Assembly (NCBI GenBank): GCA_035533215.1
Contig: DATLUG010000028.1
Coordinates: 75,243-139,242 of the forward strand
From: Candidatus Micrarchaeia archaeon
GTDB lineage: Bacteria > Chloroflexota > Dormibacteria > Aeolococcales > Bog-877
Direction: 5' to 3'
DNA length: 64,000 nt
Shown piece after piece: positions 31,556 through 41,854 of the stretch. A program made the translations under genes and the position numbers. The notes beneath the pieces were generated by a model, which was not told where the DNA came from, searched no databases, and was given only the letters and a program-made list of their open reading frames with translations. The stretch's first letter is position 1. Each line of letters opens with the position of its first letter.

Positions 31556-32833
31556 GTGAACGAGGAGGCGCTCCAGGCGGCCCAGCAGAACGCCGGCCAG
31601 GACGCCGCCGGCAGCGGCACCACGGCGAGCCAGGCGCAGGCCCAGCTCGGCCCGGACCAGACGGTGCTGGCGGGGGCCGAGACAGCGGTCACGACCGACC
31701 CGGCCCAGCTCACCTAGGACCAGAACACGATCGCGAACCAGGGCAACAGCACCACCTGGGCCGAGCAGAGGGACCAGCAGGCGATCGCCGCCGACCAGCT
31801 CCAGGTGCAGAAGGCCGAGGAGGCGGTGGCCGCCGCCCAGCAGCAGGCGGCCGCCAGCGCCCAGAAGGACCAGCAGGCCCTGGCCGTGGCGCGCGGGCAG
31901 GTCTCGGCGGCCCGGACGTCGCTGGCGGTGACCCGCGCCACCCAGAGCGGCGCCGCGCTGAAGGACCGCCAGACGGTGGCCGGCGGGCGGCTGCAGGTCC
32001 ACGCGGACGAGGTCCTGCTGGACGCCGCGGTGCGGTCCGGGCAGGCATCGGTCGCCGAGGCCGAGCGATCAGCGCAGGTGGCGGAGCAGTCCGCCCGACA
32101 CGCGGCCGGCGCCACCATCGCGGCCGCGGAGCGCACCGCGAGGGCGGCGATCGATGCGGCCTTAGCCACCGCCAGGGCGAACGCCGCCCCCGCCCGCCAG
32201 GCCGAGCCCGGCACGGTCGCTCAGGACGAGGCCCAGGTGATCCAGGATCAGAACACGCTGGCCGCAGCCCGGCAGATGCTCGCCGAGACCCGGCTGACGG
32301 CGCCCTTCGCCGGCACGGTCGACCAGGTGAGCGGGACGGTGGGGCAATCCGCTGGGGGCGGCGGCGGCGGCGGCAGCGGGTCCCAGAGCAGCGTCGTGAC
32401 GCTGGTGAGTCACCAGCTCGCGGTCACCGCGGACGTCTCCGAGACCCAGGTGACGCGGCTGGCCCTCGGCGACACCGCGACCGCGCTGGTCAACGCCGAC
32501 ACCCCCGCACAGGTGCCGGCGCGGGTCGCGACGATCGCACCCACCCCCGCTGGCGGCGGGGCCTTCCCGGTCACCTTCGACCTGGCCGCGACGCCGGCGG
32601 GGGCTCGCCCCGGGCTGACGGTGTCGCTCAGCGTCGTCCTCGCTCGATCCGACGACGTCCTCTCCGTGCCCTCGGCCGCCGTCCACGGGTCGGGTGCCCA
32701 CGCCTTCGTCACCACCCTCGGGGCGAACGGGACGCGGCGGTCGGTCCGGGTCACCGTCGGCCTGGTGGGGGACCGCCCCACGGCGATCGCGGCCGGCCTC
32801 CGCGCCGGGCAGCGGGTGGTGGTCGGCGGGTGA
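31556..32833 (+). pseudogene. HlyD-family periplasmic adaptor (membrane fusion protein) interrupted by an in-frame TAG at 31715-31717; no N-terminal TM and no transporter partner
   Basis: Continuous coiled-coil reading frame (…DPAQLT*DQNTIANQ…QLQVQKAEEAVAAAQQQ…). It is followed by the barrel region LAETRLTAPFAGTVDQVSG…VSETQVTRLALGD…ATIAPTP. Confidence 0.65.
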
Positions 32834-33056
32834 GCCGAGCCGGCCTCGAACGCAGCCGCCGTCGCGGAGGGTCCGAGCGGTCCCGAGCGGCCCACCGGCG
32901 GCCCTCACCGCCCTCCCGGGGTCGCGGCGGGCGCGCTCGGGGGTCGTGGCGGCTCCGGCCGGCGGCGCTCTGGGTCCCCTCCATCGCGGTGCCCGGGAGC
33001 GGGCCGGGCGGACCGCGACCCTCATGGGGGCGGTCGGTGCCGGCGGCCCGCTGGCG

Positions 33057-34271
33057 TCACCACCGAGCTGGTGGGGGAGGGGGTGACGGCGGTCCGCACC
33101 GGCCTGCGCCAGGAGATCGGGTGGTGGTGGTGGCGACCGTCGAGGACCGCGGGGACGGGGCGGCCGGCTCGGCGCGGCGGAGGTCCGCCCCCGCCGCGGC
33201 TGGCCCTCGTGCGTACGACTCCAGCACGCGACTGAAGGCGAAGGGCGTCTGCCGAGCCCCCGAGCACCGGCTCCGGTCACGGGCCCCGGGGCAGCCGCCG
33301 TTGTCGCGCTGGATGGCCCAGATCGACAGGGCGCCGATGCCGCGGGCGCGGGCGAACGCCGCCACCCGGCGGGCGTCCGCCAGGGTGGTCACCTCGTGCC
33401 GGTTGGGGTTGTCGTCGATGCCCGGGAGCAGGGTGAGCCCCACCATCCGCCACAGCCGGGCCGAAGACCGCCCCGGGTAGAGCGCCCCCAGCCGGGACTC
33501 CAGCGCCGTCGCCGCCTCCACCAGCGCCTCACCCATGTCGGTCGTCCCGTCGTAGTAGTCGAATCCCATGATGTTCACCAGGTCGATGCGGACCCCGTCG
33601 GCCCGGGCCCGGCTCAGCACGGCGAGGCCGCTGGCGGCGAGCCCCGACGGCTGCGTCGGCAGCGTGAGCTGGACCTGGAGCGGGCGGTCGCGCCGGGCCG
33701 CCCATGCCGCCACCAGCTCCAGCGCCCGGTCCCGGCGCTCGAGGCCCGCGACATCGGTGAGCGAGCGGGACTCGATGTCGAGGTCGAGCCGGGTCGCGCC
33801 GGTGGCGGTGAGGGCGGACTCGTACGCCCGCGCGACCCGGGCCGCGCTGGGGCAGGAGTCGGCGATGTCGGTCCCCTGGCTGTCCGCGGTCCAGCCGCCG
33901 AAGGAGGGGATGACCGCGCCGCCGAGGCGTTCCAGGGCCGCCGCCTGCTGCCGGTAGCGGGACGGGGGCGCCGTGGGGCCGGTGCCGCCGTTCCAGCCCA
34001 CGGTGCACGAGCCGGGCCGCGCCGTGCGCAGGAAGGCCAGGGTGAGGTAGGGGGCGCCCGCCTGCCGGCTGAGGCCGACAAGGCTCCCCGGCAGCCAGGT
34101 CTCGACGTACGGCGCGTACACCCGGGCCGGGAGCCGCCGGAGTCGGGGCGCCAGGTGGGCGCGGGCGGAGGGCACGACCGTCGTCGGGGTGACCCCGAGC
34201 AGGGCCAGAGTGACCGCCGTCCCCAGCATCGCCGCGGGGCCGGCCGCCAGGCGCCGGGCCCTCGTGTGCAT
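33057..34271 (-). CDS. Secreted glycoside hydrolase family 18 (chitinase-like) protein
   Basis: GGAGG lies upstream of the ATG at 34271. Signal peptide MHTRARRLAAGPAAMLGTAVTLALLGV. The GH18 catalytic motif reads GATRLDLDIES (DxDxE). Confidence 0.8.
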   Translation of the reverse strand: MHTRARRLAAGPAAMLGTAVTLALLGVTPTTVVPSARAHLAPRLRRLPARVYAPYVETWLPGSLVGLSRQAGAPYLTLAFLRTARPGSCTVGWNGGTGPTAPPSRYRQQAAALERLGGAVIPSFGGWTADSQGTDIADSCPSAARVARAYESALTATGATRLDLDIESRSLTDVAGLERRDRALELVAAWAARRDRPLQVQLTLPTQPSGLAASGLAVLSRARADGVRIDLVNIMGFDYYDGTTDMGEALVEAATALESRLGALYPGRSSARLWRMVGLTLLPGIDDNPNRHEVTTLADARRVAAFARARGIGALSIWAIQRDNGGCPGARDRSRCSGARQTPFAFSRVLESYARGPAAAGADLRRAEPAAPSPRSSTVATTTTRSPGAGRCGPPSPPPPPARW

Positions 34272-34461
34272 CGGTGACCTCCGTCCGGGGCGCCCCGGCT
34301 CGGCTGCTCCCGGCCGGTCGGCGAGCGGGGTCGCGCCAGCCGGTGCCGATACTCTCCCATGACGGGCTGACGTCGCGTGAACGGGGTGTCGAAATCGCAC
34401 CGTGCCCGCTCGTCGTGTCGGTGAGGGGCCCTGGAGCGGGCCCGGTTGCGGGAGACGCAGG

Positions 34462-34800
34462 ATGCGATACCTCATGCTGTTCACGGTGGAGCCATCCTCG
34501 GGGGTGCCATCGGCGGCGGATCGATCGGCGCTGGACGCCAAGGTGGGAGCCTGGTGGGAGGAGCACGTCCGGGCGGGGCGGATCCTCGGCGGCGAGCGGC
34601 TGCAGCCGGCGTCGACCGCCACCACGGTGCGGCTCGACGGGCCGACCCCGCTCGTCCTGGACGGCCCCTTCGTGGAATCCAAGGAGACGATCGGCGGATA
34701 CGCGCTGATCGACGTCCCCGACCTGGACGTCGCGCTGGCGAGGGCCCGGACGTGGCCGGCCAGCCCGGTGGTGGAGCTGCGGCCGGTGGCGGAGTCCTGA
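34462..34800 (+). CDS. YciI-like (DGPF) family protein
   Basis: MRYLMLF...LDGPFVESKETIGGYALIDVPDLDVALARA is the typical YCII/DGPF motif. These genes commonly precede COG4941-type sigma factor genes. Confidence 0.8.
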   Translation: MRYLMLFTVEPSSGVPSAADRSALDAKVGAWWEEHVRAGRILGGERLQPASTATTVRLDGPTPLVLDGPFVESKETIGGYALIDVPDLDVALARARTWPASPVVELRPVAES

Positions 34801-34828
34801 TGACCCGGGGCCGGCACGCCCGGCGGCG

Positions 34829-36100
34829 GTGACCGACCGGGCCGCCGTTGACGCGGCGATCGCGCGGGTCTTCCGCGACGAGGCCGGCCGCATCACGGCG
34901 GCCCTCCTGCGCCTGCTGGGTGACTTCGACCTCGCCGAGGACGCCACCCAGCAGGCGATCGTGCTGGCGCTGGAGACGTGGTCGCGAACCGGCATCCCCG
35001 ACCGGCCCGGCGCGTGGCTGACCGCGGTCGCCCGCAACCGGGCGATCGACCGGCTGCGGCGCGAGGCCCGCGGGCGGGAGCGGCTGGCCGAGCTCGCCGC
35101 CGCTCCGCGGCCGCAGGGGTCCGACGACCGGCTCCGGCTCATCTTCACCTGCTGCCACCCGGCGCTCGCGCGCGAGGCCCAGCTGGCGCTCACCCTGCGC
35201 GCCGTGGCCGGATTCACCACCGCCGAGGTGGCCCGGGCGCTGCTGACCTCGGAGACGGCGGCCGCCCAGCGGATCGTGCGGGCCAAGCGCACGATCGTCG
35301 CCGCCGGCGTCCCCTACCGCATCCCCGCGGCGGCCGAGCTGGACGCCCGGGTGGAGGAGGTCCTGGCGGTCCTGTACCTCATGTTCAACGAGGGACACCT
35401 GGCGACCGGACCCGCGGCGGGACACCGTCGGGAGCTCGCCGAGGAGGCGGTGTGGCTCGCCGGCCTCCTCAGCCGGCTGATGCCGGACCAACCCGAGGTG
35501 CTGGGACTGCTCGCCCTCTGCCGGCTCCACCACGCCCGGGCGGCGGCTCGCTTCGCCCCGGGCGGCTCCCTGGTGCTGCTCCAGGACCAGGACCGATCGC
35601 TGTGGGACCGCCACGCCATCACCGAAGCGCTGCGGCTGCTGGAGCGTGCGGCGGCCACCGGGCGGGTGGGCCCCTATCAGCTCCAGGCGGCGATCGCGGC
35701 CCGCCACGCCCTGGCCCCGAGCTGGCCGGCGACCGACTGGCGGTCCATCGTCGGCCTCTACGACCGCCTCCTGGCGATCGCACCGTCGCCGGTGGTGGAG
35801 CTGAACCGGGCGATCGCGCTCAGCCACCGGGCCGGACCCGGGCCGGCCCTCGCCGCCGTCGACGGCCTGGCCGGACCGCTCGACCGCTCCCACCTCCTCC
35901 ACGCCACCCGGGCGGAGCTCCTCACCCAGCTGGGGCGGGGCGCGGAGGCCGGCCAGGCCCTCCGCCGGGCGGCGGACCTGACGCGCAACCCCACCGAGCG
36001 CGCCCATCTCCGCCAGCGCCTGGACCGGCTCGAGCACGGACCCGCCGTCGCCCCGGCCGTGACCTCCGGCGCCGGTCCGGCCGGGGCGGCTCCTCTATAG
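34829..36100 (+). CDS. ECF-type RNA polymerase sigma factor with long C-terminal TPR-like domain (COG4941 type)
   Basis: Region 2 reads [46 protein letters not shown]. Region 4 reads [53 protein letters not shown]. Confidence 0.85.
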   Translation: MTDRAAVDAAIARVFRDEAGRITAALLRLLGDFDLAEDATQQAIVLALETWSRTGIPDRPGAWLTAVARNRAIDRLRREARGRERLAELAAAPRPQGSDDRLRLIFTCCHPALAREAQLALTLRAVAGFTTAEVARALLTSETAAAQRIVRAKRTIVAAGVPYRIPAAAELDARVEEVLAVLYLMFNEGHLATGPAAGHRRELAEEAVWLAGLLSRLMPDQPEVLGLLALCRLHHARAAARFAPGGSLVLLQDQDRSLWDRHAITEALRLLERAAATGRVGPYQLQAAIAARHALAPSWPATDWRSIVGLYDRLLAIAPSPVVELNRAIALSHRAGPGPALAAVDGLAGPLDRSHLLHATRAELLTQLGRGAEAGQALRRAADLTRNPTERAHLRQRLDRLEHGPAVAPAVTSGAGPAGAAPL

Positions 36101-36147
36101 TCCCGGTGGCGCTGCGACCGGACCGCCGGCCGGCCCCCCCTGACCAG

Positions 36148-36672
36148 ATGACCAACTCCAGTCGCGTCCCGCGGCCCGCCCTGGCGGGAGTCTGCGCCCT
36201 CCTGCTGGCGGCGTGCGGCCACCCCGGATCGCCGTCCCACGGCCGTCACCACCATCGGGCGGCGCCGATCCACCGGCTCACGACGCCCACCCCGAGCCCC
36301 ACGGCCAGCCCCACCCCGACCCCGACGAGGAGGCCGCGCCCGCGTCCGCGGCGCTCGCCCACGCCGACGCCGTCCCCGGTCCGGACCCCTCGCCCCCGGC
36401 CCACCCGGCCCGGTCCCGCGTCGCCCTCGCCGATCGACATCATCCAGCCCCTGTTCACACCGACCCCGAGCGCGGCGCCCACCCCCACCCCGAGCCCCCG
36501 CGTCACTGCGACGCCCACCCCCTCGCCGACGGTGACCCCGACGGTGACCCCGACCGTGACCCCGATGGGAACGCCGACCCCGTCCCCGACCCGGTCGCCG
36601 CCCCCGTCGCCGCCCCCCGGCCCCTCCGCCGCCCGGACTCCGGCGCGCAACAGTCACGGGGACGGGGGCTGA
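36148..36672 (+). CDS. Pro/Thr-rich lipoprotein
   Basis: Lipoprotein signal with lipobox: [24 protein letters not shown]. The rest is low-complexity ([18 protein letters not shown]). A TATAGT element at 36096-36101 overlaps the sigma gene stop. Confidence 0.65.
   Translation: MTNSSRVPRPALAGVCALLLAACGHPGSPSHGRHHHRAAPIHRLTTPTPSPTASPTPTPTRRPRPRPRRSPTPTPSPVRTPRPRPTRPGPASPSPIDIIQPLFTPTPSAAPTPTPSPRVTATPTPSPTVTPTVTPTVTPMGTPTPSPTRSPPPSPPPGPSAARTPARNSHGDGG
36529..36564. repeat. 12-nt tandem repeat x3 (ACGGTGACCCCG) inside the lipoprotein gene
   Basis: Direct reading. It encodes TVTP repeats, and the third copy has one mismatch. Confidence 0.7.
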
Positions 36673-36685
36673 TGGCCCGGCCCCC

Positions 36686-38173
36686 GTGACCGAGGAGGCC
36701 CGGCGCGGCGCGCCCGGCCCCGCGGCCGCCGGGCCCACCATCGCCCTGGCGGACCGCGCCCGCCGCCTCGCCGCAGGGTTCAGCGACGTGGACCAGGTCT
36801 TCCGCGCCTTCGCGGCGCGGATCCACGCGCCCGGTCTGGCCTACGGGGTCGTCGTCGACGGCGCGCTGGCGCACGTCGGCGCGGTCGGGGCGGCCGACGT
36901 CGGCGCCGCCCGGGCCGCCACCCCCCGGACGATCTTCCGGATCGCCTCCATGACCAAGAGCGTCACCGCGCTGTGCTGCCTCGCCCTTCGCGATCAGGGC
37001 CGCCTCGCTCTGGACGACCCGGTGGCCGAGCACCTTCCGGAGGTCAGCGGGGTGCGCCCACCCACCTCCGACAGCCCGGCCATCACCATCCGCCACCTGC
37101 TCACGATGTCCGCCGGGCTGGTCACCGACGACCCGTGGGGCGACCGCCAGCTGGCCATGCCGGCCGACGACTTCGGCGCCTTCCTCGCCGGCGAGGTGCC
37201 CTCCAACCGGCCGCCGGGGATCGCCTACGAGTACTCGAACCTCGGCTACGCCCTCCTCGGCCGGCTGGTCGGGCGGGTGGCCGGGATGCCGTTCAGCGCC
37301 TTCGCCAGCGAGATCGTGCTGGGCCCGCTGGGGATGACCGACAGCTTTTTCGAGGTGACCGAGGTTCCGGCCCAGCGCCGGGCCCAGGGCTACCGCTGGG
37401 AGGACGACGGCTGGCGCCCGGAGGCCCCGCTCGGCGACGGCGCCTTCGGTCCGATGGGCGGACTGTGGACCTCGATCGAGGACTTCGCCCGCTACGTCGG
37501 CTTCCACCTCGACGCCTGGCCCGCCCGCGACGACGCCGAGACCGGCCCGGTCCGGCGCAGCACCGTCCGCGAGATGCAGCAGGGCCAGCGGCTCTGCTGG
37601 CCGCGGGGGGAGGGGATGCCGGCCCTCCCCGCCGCCTACGGCTTCGGCCTGGTCTCGACCCTGCACCCCCGCGACGGCCTGACGGTGGCCCACTCCGGGG
37701 GCCTGCCCGGCTTCGGCTCGAGGGTCCAATGGCTCCCCCACCACGGGGTGGGCGTGATGGGGTTCGCCAACCTCACGTACGCCCCCGTCCACGAGGCGGT
37801 CGACCAGGCCCTCGACGCCCTCGCCGCGACCGGCGGGCTCCAGCCCCGCCCGGAGCCGCCGAGCGCCGCGCTGCGCCTGGCCCAGGCGTGGACCCAGCGC
37901 CTGTACCGAAGGTGGGACGACGCCGACGCCCTCGCGCTGGCCGCGCCCAATCTCTTCGCCGACCGCTCGCTGGAGCGGCGCCGCCAGGAGATGGCGGTCC
38001 TGCGCGCCGACCTCGGCGAGGTGCTGGAGATGGAGGCGCCGATCCCGGCCGGGGCCCTGCGGGGTTGCTGGCGCATGCGCTGCGCCCGCGGCACGGCCCG
38101 GGTCACGGTGTCGCTGGCGCCGACCGCCCGACCCCTGGTCCAGCTCCTCACCGTGGTCCCGGAGCCGGTCTGA
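36686..38173 (+). CDS. Beta-lactamase-related serine hydrolase (class C / DD-peptidase-like family)
   Basis: SxxK motif in FRIASMTKSVTALCCLAL, YSNLGY (YxN) and a later HSGGLPGFGS (HxG-type box). Confidence 0.8.
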   Translation: MTEEARRGAPGPAAAGPTIALADRARRLAAGFSDVDQVFRAFAARIHAPGLAYGVVVDGALAHVGAVGAADVGAARAATPRTIFRIASMTKSVTALCCLALRDQGRLALDDPVAEHLPEVSGVRPPTSDSPAITIRHLLTMSAGLVTDDPWGDRQLAMPADDFGAFLAGEVPSNRPPGIAYEYSNLGYALLGRLVGRVAGMPFSAFASEIVLGPLGMTDSFFEVTEVPAQRRAQGYRWEDDGWRPEAPLGDGAFGPMGGLWTSIEDFARYVGFHLDAWPARDDAETGPVRRSTVREMQQGQRLCWPRGEGMPALPAAYGFGLVSTLHPRDGLTVAHSGGLPGFGSRVQWLPHHGVGVMGFANLTYAPVHEAVDQALDALAATGGLQPRPEPPSAALRLAQAWTQRLYRRWDDADALALAAPNLFADRSLERRRQEMAVLRADLGEVLEMEAPIPAGALRGCWRMRCARGTARVTVSLAPTARPLVQLLTVVPEPV

Positions 38174-39365
38174 CGTCGTCCGCCGGCTCCTCGCCGGCGC
38201 CGTGCTGGTGCGATCCGGTCCGGCGCCGCGACTGCCGCTCCCTGGTGAGGGCGAGGATCTCCTGGGTGTCGGCGCTGGGGGCCCGGTGCGGCGGGCGCAC
38301 GGGGACGATCGAGCTCTGCATCCGGCCCCGGCGCGTCCCGGACCAGGGCCCCGGCGGGGCGTCCACCCGGCGAGCCAGCGCGTATGCCATGGTCTCGTAG
38401 TTGACCCGCCAGCCACGGAAGTGCCGCCACCCCTCCTCGGGTGACCGATCCATCGCCCAGCCGGCCTTGGTCATCCGCGCCACCGCCTCGCGGAACTCCG
38501 ACTCGGTGAGCTGGAGCGGCTGGTCGGGGCTGGCGTCCTCGACGACCGGCAGCCCCGCGGCCGCGCAGAGCGCCCGCAGGCAGACGATCCCCATGCGCAG
38601 GAACGGCCGCGCCGGGGCCGGGGCGGACAGCGGGGTCAGGGCCAGCTGGAGCGCCGCGGCATCCATCACCGCCAAGAGGGCGAGGACCCAGGAGCGGAGC
38701 GGATGGGGGGAGCGGAAGTAGAGGAGGGGGGTGTAGCTGGTGTGACTCTCGGCCAGGTCGGCGGCCCAGACCTCCCAATCGGCGTACAGGGGGGCGAGGC
38801 TGTCCAGGTTGTCGATGAGGGCGTGGCGGGCCAGGATCTCGGGCCCCCACGGAGGCGACCCGCTGCGGCTGTCCAGCAGGGTGACGAGGGTCTCCCGCTT
38901 GTTGAAGGCCGCGTACAGGGTTGGGAGGTAGGCGATCTGGAGGGCGACCACGATGACCCCGGAGGCGGTCTCCAGGAAGACCACCGCGGTCTGCAACGCG
39001 GTCTGGGCGGTGGCGAGGCCGAGGGGGAAGAGCGAGCTGGCGCTGAGGCGCAGGGCGTCGCCGGGACTGGCCGACATCAGCGGCCAGAGGACGAGGGCGT
39101 AGCCGAAGACCAGCAGGCCGATCCAGGCCGCCAGCCGCACCACCAGGAAGGACGGCGCGGCGTAGGCGAGTCGGCGGTCGCGGTCGGCGTAGGTGCGGCT
39201 GGCGTTGGCGATCAGCCCGGCACCCCGCTCGGTGAGCAGCTCCAGCACCGACGACAGCCGCGAGGGCACCGCTCGCGGGATGATCACCGTCCGGATCACG
39301 CTCCCGAGGGTGCCGGCGCTGATCAGGGCGCCGCCGAGGAAGCTGAGGGCCCGCACGACGAGCAT
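38148..39365 (-). CDS. Membrane protein of unknown function with soluble C-terminal region
   Basis: The ATG at 39365 gives MLVVRALSFLGGALISAGTLGSVIRTVIIP, followed by several TM segments and a hydrophilic C-terminus. No family recognised. Confidence 0.55.
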   Translation of the reverse strand: MLVVRALSFLGGALISAGTLGSVIRTVIIPRAVPSRLSSVLELLTERGAGLIANASRTYADRDRRLAYAAPSFLVVRLAAWIGLLVFGYALVLWPLMSASPGDALRLSASSLFPLGLATAQTALQTAVVFLETASGVIVVALQIAYLPTLYAAFNKRETLVTLLDSRSGSPPWGPEILARHALIDNLDSLAPLYADWEVWAADLAESHTSYTPLLYFRSPHPLRSWVLALLAVMDAAALQLALTPLSAPAPARPFLRMGIVCLRALCAAAGLPVVEDASPDQPLQLTESEFREAVARMTKAGWAMDRSPEEGWRHFRGWRVNYETMAYALARRVDAPPGPWSGTRRGRMQSSIVPVRPPHRAPSADTQEILALTRERQSRRRTGSHQHGAGEEPADDVRPAPGPR

Positions 39366-40219
39366 GGGCGGTCGAGAGCCCCCAGGAGCGGATGGCGTCC
39401 CGGTGGGCGGCGACCGGGCACGACGGACCCGAGCGTACGGCGGGCTCCGCGGAGACGTCAAATGAGCCGGGCCGGCCGCGGCCGGATCGTGCCGGCGACG
39501 AGCCGCTCCAGGGCGCCGGCGAGCACCGCGGCCCGGGGGACCGCCGCGGTCCGGAGCGCCTCGGCCGACAGCCCCCGGGCGCCGGAGCGCCGCGCGAAGA
39601 CGCCGACCCCGAGGGACGACACCCGGCAGGCGTCGGCGGGGCGGCGACGACACGCTCCCGCTCGGCCGGGGTGTGCCCCTCGAGGTCGACCACCTCCGGG
39701 CCCGGTGGGTTCGGCCGCGCCGACTCCCACCCGCGCGGTGCGGGCTCCCCGCGGACCGCGCGCGGCCTCGCCCACGGCCGTCTCAGCGGCCGCGACCGCC
39801 CCGAGCTCCACGGCCTCGCGGGACCGATCCGTCGGCCCCAGCGCCCGGTAGGGGCGGACCGAGACCGCCGAGACCGAGCATCGCCACAGCGAGCGGGGAT
39901 CCGGCGGAGCGGACGGGGACGGCCACGGCTGGCGGCGGAGACGGGCGCCACGCCCACCTCCCGACGGCTCGGCGGGCTGCAGCCGCCGGCTGCCTTCCCG
40001 GCCGCGTGGCCCGACCGGACCTCCGACCGGCCCGGGACTGACGAATAGGCCCCGAATCAGGGGGAGGGCCGCGGTCTCGGCGCCCCCCGGATGCCCGGCC
40101 GAAGGCGTGGTCACAGCAGCGGACGTCGTCGGTGCCGCCGGCGCCGTGGTGGCCATCCCGCAGGCTCCCGAGCGCCCCTGAGCCGAGCCGGCGGCCGCCT
40201 CGGAGAGGGGCCTGCGCCC

Positions 40220-41251
40220 CTACCTCGGCCGGGCGGCTCCGCCCGCCCCGCTCCGTGTCGCCGCGCCGTCCGCGACCGGGGCGACCCCCGCCCCGTCCGG
40301 AGCCGGGCTGGTGCCGGGCACGTCGGCCAGGACCGCCCGCAGCGCCTGGCTGGCGCCCAGCAGCGCCGCGGTCTCGACCGGGACCACCACCTTGGCGTTG
40401 TCGCTCGCCACCAGCTTGCCCAGGGTGTCGAGCTGGAGGACGGCGAGGAGCTCGGGCGTGGGCCGGGCCTGGTGGATCGCCTGGTAGACGGAGCTGATCG
40501 CGGTCGCCCGTCCCTCGCCGTCCAGGGCCTGCGACTCGCGGCTGCCCTCCGCCGCCAGGATCGCCGCCTGCTTCTGGGCCTCGGCGCGCAGGATGGTCGC
40601 CTGCTTGTCGCCCTCCGCCCGCAGGATCGCCGCCGTCCGCTGACCCTGGGCGCTGTTGATGGCCGCCTGCTGCTCCCCCTCCGACTTCAGGATGGCCGCC
40701 CGCTTCTGCTGGTCGGCCTCCTTCTGCAGGGCCATCGCATTGAGGATCTGCTGCGGCGGGAGGATGTCGACGATCTCGATCCGGTTCAGCCGCACCCCCC
40801 ACTTCTCCGCCGCCGGTGACATGTGGCGCTGCAGCTCGGCGTTGATCCGCTCGCGGTCGCTGAGCGCCTCGTCGAGGGTGAGTCCGCCGAACACCGCCCG
40901 CAGCGAGGTGCGCGCGAGCTGGTCGACCGCGACCTGGTAGTTGCTGACGTCGTAGAGGGCGAGCTTGACGTCGACCACCTGGCTGAAGATGGTGGCGTTG
41001 ACGGCGACGCTGACGTTGTCCTTGGTGATGACGTCCTGCCGGTCGCCGGTGCGGGGGACCTCGCGCATGTCGACCCGCACCATCTGATCGACGAACGGGA
41101 CCACCACCGCCAGCCCCGGGGCGCGGACGCCGTGGAACTGACCCAGCCGCTTGATCACGCCGCTGGAACCCTGCTGGATCACCCGGACGGTGCGCGAGAG
41201 CAGGACCACGACAGCCGCCACGATGACGATGGCGACGACGGTTCCGACCAT
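40220..41251 (-). CDS. SPFH/band-7 (stomatin/prohibitin-like) protein
   Basis: N-terminal TM, then VRVIQQGSSGVIKRLGQF...VPFVDQMVRVDMRE...DVITKDNVSVAVNATI...RTSLRAVFGGLTLDEALSDRERIN and a coiled-coil KRAAILKSEGEQQAAI. Confidence 0.9.
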   Translation of the reverse strand: MVGTVVAIVIVAAVVVLLSRTVRVIQQGSSGVIKRLGQFHGVRAPGLAVVVPFVDQMVRVDMREVPRTGDRQDVITKDNVSVAVNATIFSQVVDVKLALYDVSNYQVAVDQLARTSLRAVFGGLTLDEALSDRERINAELQRHMSPAAEKWGVRLNRIEIVDILPPQQILNAMALQKEADQQKRAAILKSEGEQQAAINSAQGQRTAAILRAEGDKQATILRAEAQKQAAILAAEGSRESQALDGEGRATAISSVYQAIHQARPTPELLAVLQLDTLGKLVASDNAKVVVPVETAALLGASQALRAVLADVPGTSPAPDGAGVAPVADGAATRSGAGGAARPR

Positions 41252-41279
41252 GAGGGAGACCTCCTGCGGGGCGGGCGGC

Positions 41280-41729
41280 TCAGACCGCGGTGACCAGGAG
41301 CCGCGACTGGCGGAGCTCGAGCACGAGCACGGTGTGGCCGGCCTCGATCGTCTGGCCGTCCTCGGTGATCGCGGGCCAGTCCTCGCCGTGGACGTGGACC
41401 TGCCCGGGGGTCAGGGGATCCCCGACTGCGCTGACCACCACGGCCTCCTCACCGACCAGGCCGGCGGCGCCGGAGATGAGCCCGCTTCCCCGGCGCAGGC
41501 GCATGGTCTGGGTCAGCGGCCGACGGACCAGCCCGACCCCGCCCACCGCCACCAGTGCGAAGACCACCGCCTGCACCTCGATCGGCACGCCCACGACCGC
41601 GGCAACCGCGGCGGCGGCCGCCCCGGCAGCGACGAAGATGGCGTACAGCGCCAGGGTCATCGCCTCGCCGACGGCGAAGGCGATCGCAACGATGAGCCAG
41701 ATGACGGCCATCGGATCCATGGGCGCCAC
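41280..41729 (-). CDS. NfeD-family membrane protein (SPFH partner)
   Basis: Three N-terminal TM helices are followed by the OB-fold tail GEEAVVVSAVGDPLTPGQVHVHGEDWPAITEDGQTIEAGHTVLVLELRQSRLLV. The gene lies immediately upstream of the SPFH gene. Confidence 0.85.
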   Translation of the reverse strand: MAPMDPMAVIWLIVAIAFAVGEAMTLALYAIFVAAGAAAAAVAAVVGVPIEVQAVVFALVAVGGVGLVRRPLTQTMRLRRGSGLISGAAGLVGEEAVVVSAVGDPLTPGQVHVHGEDWPAITEDGQTIEAGHTVLVLELRQSRLLVTAV

Positions 41730-41854
41730 CTCCTGGAGCGCTGCCGTGTACAGGGTACTCCCAACCGCCCGCGGCGGCGGCTCTGGAGCCGCGCCGCACG
41801 TGGCGCGGGGGGCTCGGCGCGGTCCGCCGAGGCGTCCCCCGCGGTGGTCGTTGA

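Noticed and set aside
31715-31717. Recoding (pyrrolysine/selenocysteine/readthrough) as an explanation for the in-frame TAG/TGA codons at 31715, 55611, 60771 and 61362
   Set aside because: TGA and TAG function as ordinary terminators for the core genes here. I noticed no SECIS-like hairpin after the TGAs and no pyl genes. All affected genes also show other decay (truncation, frameshift, lost partners). Pseudogenisation is the simpler reading.
33057-34817. Full 586-aa version of the GH18 ORF, and the overlapping 33529..35292 ORF
   Set aside because: An SD-preceded ATG at 34271 followed by a signal peptide defines the real start. Sequence upstream of it overlaps the YciI gene on the other strand and is low-complexity.
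39458-40156. 232-aa minus-strand ORF
   Set aside because: Only short stretches look protein-like, and these are split between two frames. It is treated as possible gene debris (see the finding for 38148-40219) rather than a feature.
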